Of a stretch of 64,000 bases of DNA, positions 12,628 through 23,991 are shown piece by piece. This DNA comes from Chlorokybus atmophyticus. Lineage: Eukaryota; Plantae; Mesostigma and Chlorokybus algae. Both the position numbers and the translations under genes were made by a program. The notes beneath the pieces were generated by a model. That model made no database searches, had not been told where the DNA came from, and worked only from the letters and a program-made list of their open reading frames with translations. Where the stretch lies: the NCBI GenBank assembly GCA_009103225.1, contig RHPI01003369.1, forward strand, positions 441,500 through 505,499. The letters are read 5' to 3'. Each line of letters begins with the position of its first letter. Within the stretch, counting starts at the first letter, position 1.

Positions 12628-13399
12628 CCAGTGGCATATGCTAACATATGCTAATACCTCTTAAAGAACCGTATGGCCAAGAGGAGCTGATCTGTCAGCA
12701 CAGTATGGGCGAAAAGGCATTTATGGCTTTTCAACTCACTTATGGCTAAGTGGGAAGGCAACATGGAGGAGTATAACATGCTAGGCCAGCATGGTATTGG
12801 GAGTTCAGCTGGACTCAGCCTTGTGCTTACTTGCTGTGTGTTTGAGGTGCTTGGTTAAACGGTTTGAGGGGCCTTCGTTACCCATCTGTGTGGGGCGTTT
12901 CTAAGTATTCTAGCTAGGGTTTGGGGTGTTGACTTTTAAGTTGACGCCTGCACTGAAGAGTAGGCGCCTCCCACTTCCTGCTACTGCTGGTGGAGTAGTT
13001 GGTGGTGTTCCTTGACTACTGTTGTTGTGGACCACCCCTGCCTAGCTGGTTCTGCCCTTGTGAATTGCTACGTGTGCATGCATGTGCACGCTGTAGCCTT
13101 ATACACTGTTGATGTATGTGTATGCCTCTTGTATGTTGAGGGTGTGCATGCACAATAACTTGGCACCTGTGTGCATGTGTGGCCGCATCATTTCAGGGGG
13201 ATACTGCATGCTCACGCATGAGTGTGCATGCCACTTGCAGACGGCTGTGTTGGTATTGCCGAGTGCTCTGGGTGAACACGGCTTTGGTACTAGCATAAGC
13301 GACGGCACTGCGGTATGCACTGGTGCATTGACTGGCACTGAGTGTTTGACACCTCACTAACGTGGTGGTTGTGACAGCATTATCGGCGCTTGCTTGTGT

Positions 13400-16300
13400 A
13401 GTGGGCCTTGGCCGTGTGCACTCTGAGTAATAGTGTACTTATTGCTGTACCTTGTCAAGCAGACTTGGAAGGCAACACTGAGCTAGCCGCTAGGTTGACC
13501 TACGAGCAAGCTGATGACCTTGCCGAGTTGCGCGCTGACATAAAGGTGATGAAGCTGCGCCATGTAAACGAGCTGACCAAGATGGCAGCTGTGCATGCCA
13601 ACAAGTCCATGTTGCCTCTCCTTGAGTTCTTCACATGCATCTTTGATGGGAAGGGCAAGGGCATCGGCATGCTGTTGCGTGACTGGTTGTTCAATGGTAA
13701 ATGTGCATTGAAAGTCAGTGGCATGTTGCCAACTGACCAAGCCAGAGCGGTGGCCTGGATAGCTTCATACCTGAGAGGGAATAATGCCCGCATGTGGGAG
13801 GGGGCGGAATCTCGCCTTTAGGTGAAGGGTATGAACACGGAGACACTGAATGTCTTTAAAGATGCCCTCCTTCATGCATTTGAGGGCATCAATTCTTTAT
13901 TGAATGCACGTAACAACTTGGCAACATCGCACATGCGTCTCAATTAATCGGTTGAGGAGTTTCACCTGTATTTCTGCATGTTACAGCCCGAGATTGGCAC
14001 CGACATGTCCCTATGTCAAAGGCGGAGAAATTATAAATGGATAAGTTTAAGCGTTCGCTGCCTGCAAATGTGCAAGAGCAGTTGATCTTTACGCCCGGTG
14101 TACATGGGCTTGAAGCATACATAAATCAAGACTTTGACGTAATGGTAAAAATAGCTATTGAGTATGACAATCAGCAGCACATAATTGCTTAAAACCAACA
14201 AGCTGGCTATGAATGAACGCCCTACCACTTCTGCCAAGGCTGAAAAGCCCTTTATAGCATGTGGCTAGGGGCAAGAACAAGGTCAAAGGCAAGAAGCCTT
14301 ATGAGGTCAATACAAGAGGCCTCGAACTGCTGCCGAGGTCATGAATATCCCCATCAATGTTAAAAACAAGAGGTTCAAGGCAGGGGAGTGTCTCAAGTGT
14401 GGATAGGAGGGGCACAGAATGGCGGCTCGCCTCAACCTAGCACAGACCAATGACACCGCATAGGGGTGCAGGGTGGAGAGCTGTGAAGACTTGGACGCGA
14501 CACCCACAGCTAGTGCTGTTACTTCCGGTACTTTGCTACTCTGCTATTGTACATAAGATTAACAGCAAGACACTTGCCATGTTTTGTAATGGATGTATGT
14601 TGTCTACCTGCAATGCTGCATTGTATGACAATGATCTGAGTGTGCCTGTCAGTAGTGATTTTTCCATGCATGATTGTGCTAGAAAACAAGTTTTGTTGAA
14701 TGCGCCTGCTGACAAGCTAGTCAGTTGTTTTTTTGATGGACTATGGGGTGCAAGATTGAGTGTGAAAGTGCTCACAACACCATCGCGTGTGTAGCTGTAC
14801 CCAAAGTCAGAGATCCTTACGCGCAATACTTGAAGAGCATGCAAGTAATACACGAGGTTTACAGGGGTGCATAAGCGCCATAGTCTATGCGGGTCACATA
14901 TGATCCTCCAGTTCTTCACCGCGTAAGTGAGTTGGACTTGACATGGTTGTTTACAGCAACTGTGGCAAAGAAGCCAGTCATTTAGATGATTGACACTGGC
15001 ACGCCGGAGAACTTTATCAGTAAACTTCTGGTGCAACGTCTTAATACACATGTTAATGCATGCAATGAGCAAGTTGCATCACTGGACAAACATTCTATAC
15101 GGGTGCGTGGGACAGTAAGATTGTCACTGCTTGTGCAAGGGTATCATGCTTAAATCCGGTTCTTGGTAATCCCAATGGAAATGCCAGGGTGGATGTTAAC
15201 TTTAGCAACCAATGGGAGAGAATAATGGGCTTGCGCACTGACGCTGACACTCAGTTGTGTAGCGTGAGGACAAGAGGAGGCAGAGTGGTGACAAAGGCAA
15301 ATGGGAGAGAGCACTTACCTATCATTGTCTCTCAAAATTTTTTGATGTCTCAACACTCTTGTGGAGTGCTATGCAGGTGAAGTAAAGAGAAGTCGAGCGA
15401 GGAGCTACCCCACTGCCAATGCTTGTGCGAGAGGGCCACGCCACCACTAAGGGAGACAACTCAACACCTAGTACGCCAACTGTTAGTACAGTGGATGCTG
15501 CAATGCATGCAATCTTTGATGAGTACGCTGATGTATTTAAGGATGAGTTGCTTGATTTGTCATCTGAGAGGGAAGTGTGGCATACTATCCCTCTATTTTA
15601 AGATACACAACCTTCATTTAGACCAGTCTACAGGCTGAGCCCTACACAGCATGTCGACATGGAAGGGCAAATCAAGGTATTGCTAATAAAGGGGTTGATC
15701 AAGCCAAGCAGCTCTCCCTTTGGTGCACCTATCCTCTTTGTTTAAGCTCCGCATGTGTGTGGACTACCGTGCCTTGAACAAGCTTACCAACAAAAACAGG
15801 TACCCATTGCTGAAAAATGATGAACTGTTAGATCAGCCTGGTGCAACTGTGTTCGAAACGTTAGATTTTGTGTGGGGTTACCATTAGATTTGCATAACAC
15901 TGGAAGATGTGCCAAAGACAGCGTTTAGAGCACCTGTTGGCCACTTCCAGTACAAGGTGTTATCGTTTGGATTACTAATGCTCTAGCCACATATCAAGCA
16001 ATGATGAACCAGGTGGTCTAAAAACTTGTTGGTAAGATAGTGCTTGTAGTCTTGGATGATGTCTTGGTGTTCATCAAGGATGAGGCTTCGCATGTCGCGC
16101 ATGTGCGCTAGGTGTTGCAACATTGCGCGAGCACAAGTTCTATGCTGTTATGAAAAAGTGTGAGTTTAAAAAGTCTGAGTTGGCCTTCCCGGGATATGTG
16201 ATCAGCAAGGATGGCATCCGTGTTGATCCCAAAACGGCATTCGCGGTTCAGGATTGGCGAGTGCCTGATAATGTATATGAATTACGTTCTTTCCTTGGGC

Positions 16301-17870
16301 TGTGCAACTACTTCTGCAAGCTCATATTAGGGTACTCTGGTAAAGTAGCCCCTCTTACTGATTTGACCAAGAAAATAGTCAAGTGGGCATCGGCACAAAG
16401 ACAACAAATAGCCTTTAAGTCTGTCGAAGAGGCTTTGATGCAAGCGCCTGTGTTGAGGTTGCATGACTTTAGGCAGCCCTGTGAAGTTGTGAGTGATGCA
16501 TCCGCAATTGGCACTTGTGCAATATTGTTACAGGATGGTCACCGTCTTGCATACCTAAGCAAGAAATTCTGTCATGCTGAGAAGAACTACACTACTACAG
16601 AGCTCTTGGGATTTTTGCATGCGCTCACGGCGTGGCGCGGTACTTGAAGGGGGTGGAAGGCGGTTTTAAAGTAATAACCAATTACACCCCAATCATTTTC
16701 AGACCCAACAAACTCTTTCATGAAGACGAGCTAGGTGGGTTGAATATCTGTCTCGTTTCGATTTCATTTGAGTTACTGGCCTGAAAGAGTAAACATGGCA
16801 ATCCTCTCAGCCGCTCGCCACTGTTGTTTGGCGGCAATGACGAGGGCACACGGGATCTGTCTGCAAGTGCATACCCCAAGAAAGGGAGCACAACCCTAAT
16901 AATGGGAGCAACGAGCAGATCTCAGGCACAGAGTCTGTCTTGGTCACAATTGACCAACACATCTAAACATGATATGTCGCGGACTCATGCCCGGTCTAGT
17001 GAGGAGATGTTGGTCGACCAGGAAGGCATGGTGACTGAAGAGCCAGACCCTGAGGGGGAGGACCTTGATAACTAGTCAATTAGCACGGCTGTGGAAGTTG
17101 ATGCACCTGATATGCTGAAGCAATTGTCTCAAGCATACTTGACATATCCCTGGTTCTTTACCTTGCTGAGACAAGCTGCAATGGACTTAATGTGCCGTAA
17201 TGGTTCGTGGTACAACAAAGGGAAACTGGTTGTGCCTGACATGGGGTTAGGGTTAGGGTTAGGGTTAGGTTAAGTCCAAGCATTTTCTCAAGTACCTGCT
17301 AAGGACTTCACTACTGACATGCATTCATGTTTGGAGCATGCTAAGCTGTGCATTAAATCTGCACAGGACAAGGCTTAGATGTATGCTGATCAGCATCGCA
17401 AGCCTGATGAGGGTCTCAAGGTTGGGGACTATGTGTTTGTGAGCTAAAAGAAGAAGGTGAAGTTGGAGACAACACCCCCTTCAAGCTGATGCTCAGATGG
17501 TTGGGACCATTTGAGGTAATTGCAGCTGTTATTGACAGAGCTTTTCGCCTGAAACTGCATGCAAGCATGAGAATACATGATGTGTTCCATGTGTCACTGC
17601 TAAGACCGTACAGAAGTGATGGTGCAATGCAGCCTCCTCCTTTGATTGAGGTTGAAGGTAAAGAAGAGTATGAGGTTGAGGCCATACTCGGCAAGCGGTT
17701 CAAAAAGTATAAAACTACCTTTCGAAACCGAGTACTGGATAAAATGGCATGGTTATGGTGCAGAGCATAACCTTTGGGAGCTAAGGCAAACATGTCCAAC
17801 TGTGCAGTCATAATAGCTGAGTTTGAGAAAGGACTCAAATCCACAGGGGCCACTTGAAGGGGCAACACAC
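13400..17870 (+). mobile_element. Heavily degenerate Ty3/gypsy chromovirus (gag, CCHC remnant, PR, RT, RNase H, INT C-terminus, chromodomain); LTRs not identified, boundaries approximate
   Basis: ECLKCG*EGHRM (~14390), MIDTGTPENFIS (~14985), LRMCVDYRALNKL and TAFRAPVGHFQYKVLSFG (15750-15970), VVSDASAIGTCAILLQDG (~16490), RWLGPFEV and EEYEVEAILGKR (17490-17700). Many stops and frameshifts. Confidence 0.85.
17244..17272 (+). repeat. Interstitial telomere-like (GGGTTA)4 + GGTTA
   Basis: GGGTTAGGGTTAGGGTTAGGGTTAGGTTA at the junction of an integrase deletion. Confidence 0.85.
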
Positions 17871-19059
17871 AGTGCTCTGCTTAATACTATCAAACATGTG
17901 CACATGTCACACACAAGCGGCCTATAACTGGTGAACACAATCGAATGATCCCTACTTCACGTTGCTACTTAGCCTTTATACCACTTGCTGCTCTGCCGAT
18001 CTGAAACATATGATGTCTAATTCTATTTCAGATATAAATGTCTTGTCATGTCCTGACCTATTAGCACTGCCTGATTGTGTCTAAACATAGGACATGTCCT
18101 ATCACATAACATGAACCTCGGGATTATCAAACCCATAATTGTCAAACATATGACAACGGACTTTAAGTCATGAGATGCCACATGCATTTCTGTGCTTATC
18201 TATATATGTTATACCGATAAACTGCCTATATGTATAGGCTTTTCAATCAGCAGAGCGCACACAGCAGCGCAGCGACAGCAGTGTGCTGCATGCCATGCAT
18301 GGAACTACATGCTGCGCGCCAATGGGCGCAAACCTAACGATGGCCGCAGCAATGCAGTTGCGGCCGACGACAGACGGCGGGAGGAGGGAGGGGGAGTCCA
18401 AATCCTGCTGCTCATGTGACCGCTGGTGCTGCTGCAAATGGCCGCTAACCAGGTGGCGCTGGTGCAGGTAATCACGATTGCAACGTGTGCATGCATGACT
18501 GTCAGGGGGGCGTAGATGTAGGTGTAGGAGTAGAGTAGGTAGCCCGATGGTCAAGTATGTAGTAACGAGGCGAGTGTATTTTGCAGAGTGTTGCATGCGT
18601 TGTGTGATCTAAATGGGCAAACCTCTCGCATTTTCTATTCAAACGCAATAAGCCACATCAGCAACAGTACAAGAAACAAGGGCACTACAATTACTTGGGC
18701 TAGGGCCTACTCAAATTTGAAGCATTGCTTAAGTGCGGATGATGTGGGCAGGGGCGGGGGCGGGGGCGGGGGCGGGGGCGGGATGATTAAACCAGCAGGG
18801 CAGGGGATGGACAATGAAGTGCGGGCAAGCAGACCTGTGCACATGGTTGCCAGAGTCAGACGTTGTGTGTCTTCAACGTTTGACAGCAACAACAGCAGCC
18901 ATGGGGTGAAGGTGTGGCGAAGGGGAGTGCTGTGTTGTGCAGTGCGGATGAAGCGGCTATGGCGGCCGACCATGCTGTTGTAGTGGTTATGCGCGGGGCA
19001 TGGTAAGACTCGTAGGGCTTTTGTGAGTCAAGGCATGGCTGCAGGCCATGATGGATATC

Positions 19060-19339
19060 GGTGTCGATCACTGTCATATCCCACTCGACTACAAAAGCCT
19101 TGATACTTTTATGGTCGACTTGTGGTAATTTAATGTACCTTCCCGTTACATTCTCCCCCACTTAAGAACGCTAACGTCCTTGGCAGCTGCCCACGCTCAG
19201 CTGGGGAATCATTCCAGGGGTTTGTTTGGATCGGTGACCGGCCCCACAGCCATGGACTGGCCAATATAGGCCCATACCGGTCAACGCGCGCATAGCGCGC
19301 CGCTGCCCTGTGGGGCCAGCTGGCCCCACAGGTCGCATT
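19060..19339 (-). mobile_element. Left remnant of an older TGTAA-type LTR element that hosts the 19340-36007 insertion (LTR start at 19150, PPT 19151-19160)
   Basis: Minus strand TGGGGGAGAA|TGTAACGGG. 19060-19150 is clearly similar to 36190-36277. Confidence 0.45.
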
Positions 19340-19576
19340 TGTCGGGTCGAGGGGAGTCGAGGGTCACGCTGTCTCGGACAGCTGCATGGACAGCCATGCT
19401 GTGCTGGACCTGCTGCTGCGCCACCTGTGTAACGCGTAGCAAAAACAGAAAGATGACCTCCACCCTCATGGTGACAAGTGCTTCGTGCAGCTAGTGTGCT
19501 GCTGCTGGGTAGTACGGGCAGATGGAGTCGGTGTTCTCCCTGCGAACATGCTGTGCTGTAGCATACAACATCAACA
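19340..19576 (-). repeat. Repeat B2 (237 bp), terminal
   Basis: Differs from 20176-20412 at 2 positions. Ends ...CCCGACA on the element strand. Confidence 0.95.
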
Positions 19577-20173
19577 AGCCACTACGATAGGTAGTGCTGT
19601 TTACACAGTTCTTTGCGTGAGTGGAAGAGAAATTACATTGTTAAGTAAGGTGAATGAGCAAGCAACACGTGGATGCTATGCCCTGACTGATGCCAACAAG
19701 CACACCGCAACCAAGTACACAAAGCTCACAGCGAGGACAAGCACAGTGCACAAGAACATGCACAGGCTCTCACACGGTGAAAGGATTCTTGGGAACCAGG
19801 ACGGTGTGTTTCGTAGTTCAAGTCGCTTCACAAGCTCTTAGCTTTCTCACTTACAGTGTCACCAGCTGATCCGGTGAACACTGTGCCTACTTATACAAGT
19901 CAACTCATGACTGTCCAGAACATAAGCTAACGGTCATATCGAGGCTATTTTCACAGGAAATTACCACTCGATATAGAACCTGACTTATAACTGAACTCAC
20001 AACTGAACAGCTACGCGCGGTGCCTATGTAGGCTATGGCCATGAGCTACTCTAGAGACATGGCCTAGCTACTGGTCAGAGACGCGCGCGGGTTGCCATGC
20101 TGGTAAGCCGGGCGAGGGTCTCGCTGTAGGCATGCCCGATGATGACTGGCATGCTTGGGCGATAGGCATGACA
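19577..20173 (-). repeat. Repeat A2 (597 bp)
   Basis: About 97% identical by eye (~16 substitutions) to 35411-36007. Confidence 0.95.
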
Positions 20174-20175
20174 GC

Positions 20176-20412
20176 TGTCGGGTCGAGGGGAGTCGAGGGT
20201 CACGCTGTCTCGGACAGCTGCATGGACAGCCATGCTGTGCTGGACCTGCTGCTGCGCCACCTGTGTAACGCGTAGCAAAAACAGAAAGATGACCTCCACC
20301 CTCATGGTGACAAGTGCTTCGTGCAGCTGGTGTGCTGCTGCTGGGTAGTACGGGCAGATGGAGTCGGTGTTCTCCCTGCGAACATGCTGTGCTGTAGCAT
20401 ACAACATTAACA
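20176..20412 (-). repeat. Repeat B1 (237 bp), directly after the PPT
   Basis: Starts TGTTAATG, ends CCCGACA, and is joined to A2 through a GC dinucleotide (20174-20175). Confidence 0.95.
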
Positions 20413-20425
20413 AGCCACCACCCCT
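20413..20425 (-). other. Polypurine tract (AGGGGTGGTGGCT)
   Basis: G-rich tract abutting B1. The sister element has AAGGGGGGGTGGCT at 58830-58843. Confidence 0.7.
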
Positions 20426-20456
20426 GGGGCTCTGGGGAAGGTTTCAGCTCCAGAGC

Positions 20457-21173
20457 TCAGCTGCTAACGCAAGTGAGGAGGGCCGTTGTACGGCAATCGT
20501 CGCACCAATACTCCTCCATAGGTATCGTGTCCAAAGGTGGCTCCAGGCAGTAGCAATGTAGGCCCTTGTTGCAGCCTTCGCAGAGCATCATGAGTGCGTC
20601 GTCGCCGGCGCTGCCGCAGTGTTCACAGCGTGTGCTGCGCGCGGGACGAGGGTGCTGAATACGCCTGAAGCCGGTTACGTAAGGGAGGTGACATGGCGCA
20701 CAGTTCACCATGTTGTCCTTCAACCTTTCTCCATTTTTACCAAGGAGGTCCAGCACCCCTGTGGGGTACACTTTGAGTACCTTGTAGACGGTGCGGCCTA
20801 CGGAGGTGTCCAGCGTGTCTTTGGTAACTGCCATGCGATAGGCAAAGTCCCCCGCTTGGAACCGCCGTTGGCGCTCCTTGTAGAAGCCGCTGCGTACGCG
20901 CTCGTAGCGCAGCGTGTCGCGATGCTGCGCGATGCGCAGGTTGTTGAAGGCCATGGGGACGGTGCGCTCGAAAAGCGCGGCGCGCGCGGTGATGTCGTGG
21001 TGCATCCAGTCAGGGTCGTCGAGGTTGTTCACGACGCGATCCACCTCCTGCTGCGCATGGAAGGGGAGCAATGGTGGTCGCCCGAACAGCAGGTAGTACG
21101 GGCTGTACTCCCGCAGAGCCGCCTGCTTTGACAATCGATATCCAAGGGCCACCCACGGGAGTGGGCATCCCAA
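20457..21173 (-). pseudogene. Integrase C-terminus plus PHD finger (~20493-20628), frameshifted by 1 nt from the upstream pol
   Basis: YSPYYLLFGRPP, then CEHC-x12-CEGC-x4-H-x2-C-x14-CDDC (C4HC3 PHD). Confidence 0.88.
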
Positions 21174-23539
21174 GTGTTCTTCTCGTACTCCAGCACGTAT
21201 TTGCGGAGTGCCTTCTTGATGGTCTGTACGGTACGCTCGGCGAGGCCGTCGGCTTGAGGGTGATCACGTGAGGTACGGCGATGGTCGATGTAACATTTGT
21301 CCAAGAGGGTGTCGAATTCCCCTTTGAACTCAGTACCTTGGTCAGTGATGACCTCGGCGCAACTGCCAAATCGGCTGAGAACGTGAGAGAGGAAGGCTTG
21401 AGACACCCCCCTGCTGCTCTTGTCGGGTAATGGCACCAGCTCCACCCATTTGGAGAAGTGCTCGATCATGACCAGGATGTAACGGTTGCCACGTGCTGAG
21501 GGTGCCAAGTCCCCCAAGATGTCGAGTCCCCATCGGTAAAAGAGACCGGAGATGGGAAGTGGGTGCAAGGTGGCGCTACGCGTGTTGAGGCTGGTGCGCA
21601 CCATGTCACACTGCTGGCAGTGGCTGACGAACCTTTGCACCTGTTTTGTTAATCCATACCACCAATGTTGTGCCCTCATTAGGCTGACTGTACGCTTGAC
21701 ACCGAAGTGTCCAAGCTCAATGTGGAGGGAAGTGATGATGCCCTCGCGCGTGACTGGTGTCGGCACTTCCTTGTTTTTGTCGTGGAAGCGGCGATACAGC
21801 TTGTTACCTGCGCATCGATAGTGACGGGTGCGTTGGTTGACCCGGTCCTTCTCTCGAGCGCTCATGCCGGAGGGAAGCTGGCCACTTTGAAGAAAGGAGA
21901 GTAATGGCTTGTCATGCCATATGTCCTGCCTGGTGTCGGGGGGCGCCAGCTCTGTGTCATCGACGTCAATGTCGGCTGCGTGGGCGTCTCCCAAGGGTGT
22001 GGTTGCCGCAGGGTCGGTAGACTCAAGGGCAGGAATCGCCTCTACCGCTGCTGAGGCCGTGGTGTTGGTCTTGCGCCCTGAGCGCAACGCGGCAGCAGCA
22101 AACATGGCTGCCACGGTGGGGGCTGTTGCTGCAGGGATGAGCTCATGCCGCGCTCCAGTTGCGTCGTTGGTGCTGAGGTGAGGGTTGCGACTGAGGTCAT
22201 CGGCGTCTTGATTGGTGAGGCCAGCGCGGTGGTCAATCTCAAAGTCGTATTCCTGCAACAGCAGGGCCCATCGAGCAAGTTTCTCTGTCAGATGTTGGTT
22301 GGTCATCAGCCACTTGAGGGGCTTATGATCGGTGATCAGTTGGAACTGTCGACCAAAAAGGAAAGGTCGGAAGAAGGACATGGCCCACACTGCAGCGAGG
22401 CACTCCCCTTCGTAGCTGCTGTAGTTGGCCTCGGCGCTGTTGTTGCTTCGGCTGGCGTATGACACCACTCGCTCCTTCTTGTTCTCATCGTGCTGCACCA
22501 GCACCGCTCCCATCCCCAGCTTGCTCCAATCGGTGTGAAGAATGAAAGGCTTGGCGTAGTCCGGACGTTGAAGGATGGGAGCGCTGGTGAGTCTGCTCTT
22601 CAGCTTCTCAAAGGCCTGCTGTTGCGGCTCCTTCCATGCAAACTCCACCTCCTTCTTCAGTAGCTCGTTGAGGGGCCTTGCGATCTTCGCGAAGTCCTTC
22701 ACAAACCGGCGATAGTAGTTGGCAAGTCCCAAGAAAGCGCGCAGGCGTGTGAGGTCTGTCGGGGCAGGGATAGCTGCCAGAGCCTCTATTTTTGCCTGCT
22801 GCACATACACACCATGGGGCACAATCATGTGCCCTAAGTACGGCACCTTGTGGGTGAAGAAGGTACACTTGTCGGGGTGTACGGTCATCCCCACTCCCTT
22901 GAGTCGTTCCAGCACCGCTTCGATGTGCTGAAGATGCTCCTCGTTGCTGCGGTTGAAGATGAGGATGTCATCGATGTAGCACCGCGCGCAGTCCAGCCCC
23001 TTCAAGGCTTTGTCCATGACGCGTTGAAACTTGGCGGGGGCATTCTTTAGCCCGAACGGCATTACCTTCCATTGGTACAACTGTCGGTTGCCCCAGAAGG
23101 AGGTCTTGTGCTTGTCCTCGTCCTTGATGGCGATTTGGTTGTACCCCTGACGCATGTCCAGGATGCTGAAGACTGTGCAGTCTCCCACATCATCAAAAAT
23201 ACCCTCTGCTGTGGGCATGGGGTACCGGTCTTGCTTGGTCTTGTTGTTGAGGGGGCGATAGTCGCCACACATGCGTCGCTCTGTCCAGTTGCCTGCTGAA
23301 TTCTTCTTCAGTGGCATGACGGTTGCTGCTGCGAAGTCCGATGTGGACTCATCGATAAGGCCTGCATCCAGCAGCGCCTTACATCTCTGTTCCACCAAGT
23401 CTTCTTCCATCTTGGAGAGCCTGTATTGTCGTCGGAACACCGGCTCAGTGTCCACCAGCTCGATGTCCATCTGGTACACTGAGCATGTACCCAATTCCTT
23501 CACATTGAAACTGAATTGGCTCCTCCATTTGCTGACGAG
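21029..23539 (-). pseudogene. Ty3/gypsy RT - RNase H - DDE integrase
   Basis: RMCGDYRPLN, MPFGLKNAP, CYIDDILIF, FILHTDWSKLGMGAVL, HHCC (H...GHFG...CQQC), WGLDILG, ITDQGTEF, QADGLAER. Confidence 0.97.
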
Positions 23540-23991
23540 AGCCTTGTTGAGAAGCAAGCATGCAAGTGAAGAGGGCAAGCAATGACACACAGGAGAAGGC
23601 AACACACTTCCCAACTTATTACCAACAGACCGCGGGGTTATATACCCGCCAGTCAGTACACAGTTTGTACACACTGCTGGTCTACATGCAACAGCGTCCG
23701 ATATACTGAACCATATCCTACGCTGTAAGATGTGCCACGTAGCTAACTTGATAAGCTTTGTAACAAGCTATGCCACGTCCTATAAGACTGAGTATCCTAG
23801 GAGATATGACGATTCTCCTAGGACCCTTCTCTGCAGTCCGCGCCAGGACCTTCATGTCCGGAGTCTTCGAGGTCCTCCCATCGAGGTCCCTTCTCTTCTC
23901 TCTTGTATGCAGGGCAGGCTGACCGGATGTAGGAATATCTTCAACACTCCCACGCGGGCAGCTTGGCCTCCAACGCTTGGTCTTCTTTCAC

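Noticed and set aside
19340-20412. The 237-bp B length matches a repeat length I recall for TOC1; element as a DIRS/PAT type
   Set aside because: No tyrosine recombinase is seen, and a DDE integrase, TG/CA ends and a TSD are present. The length match is treated as coincidence because I cannot compare the sequences.
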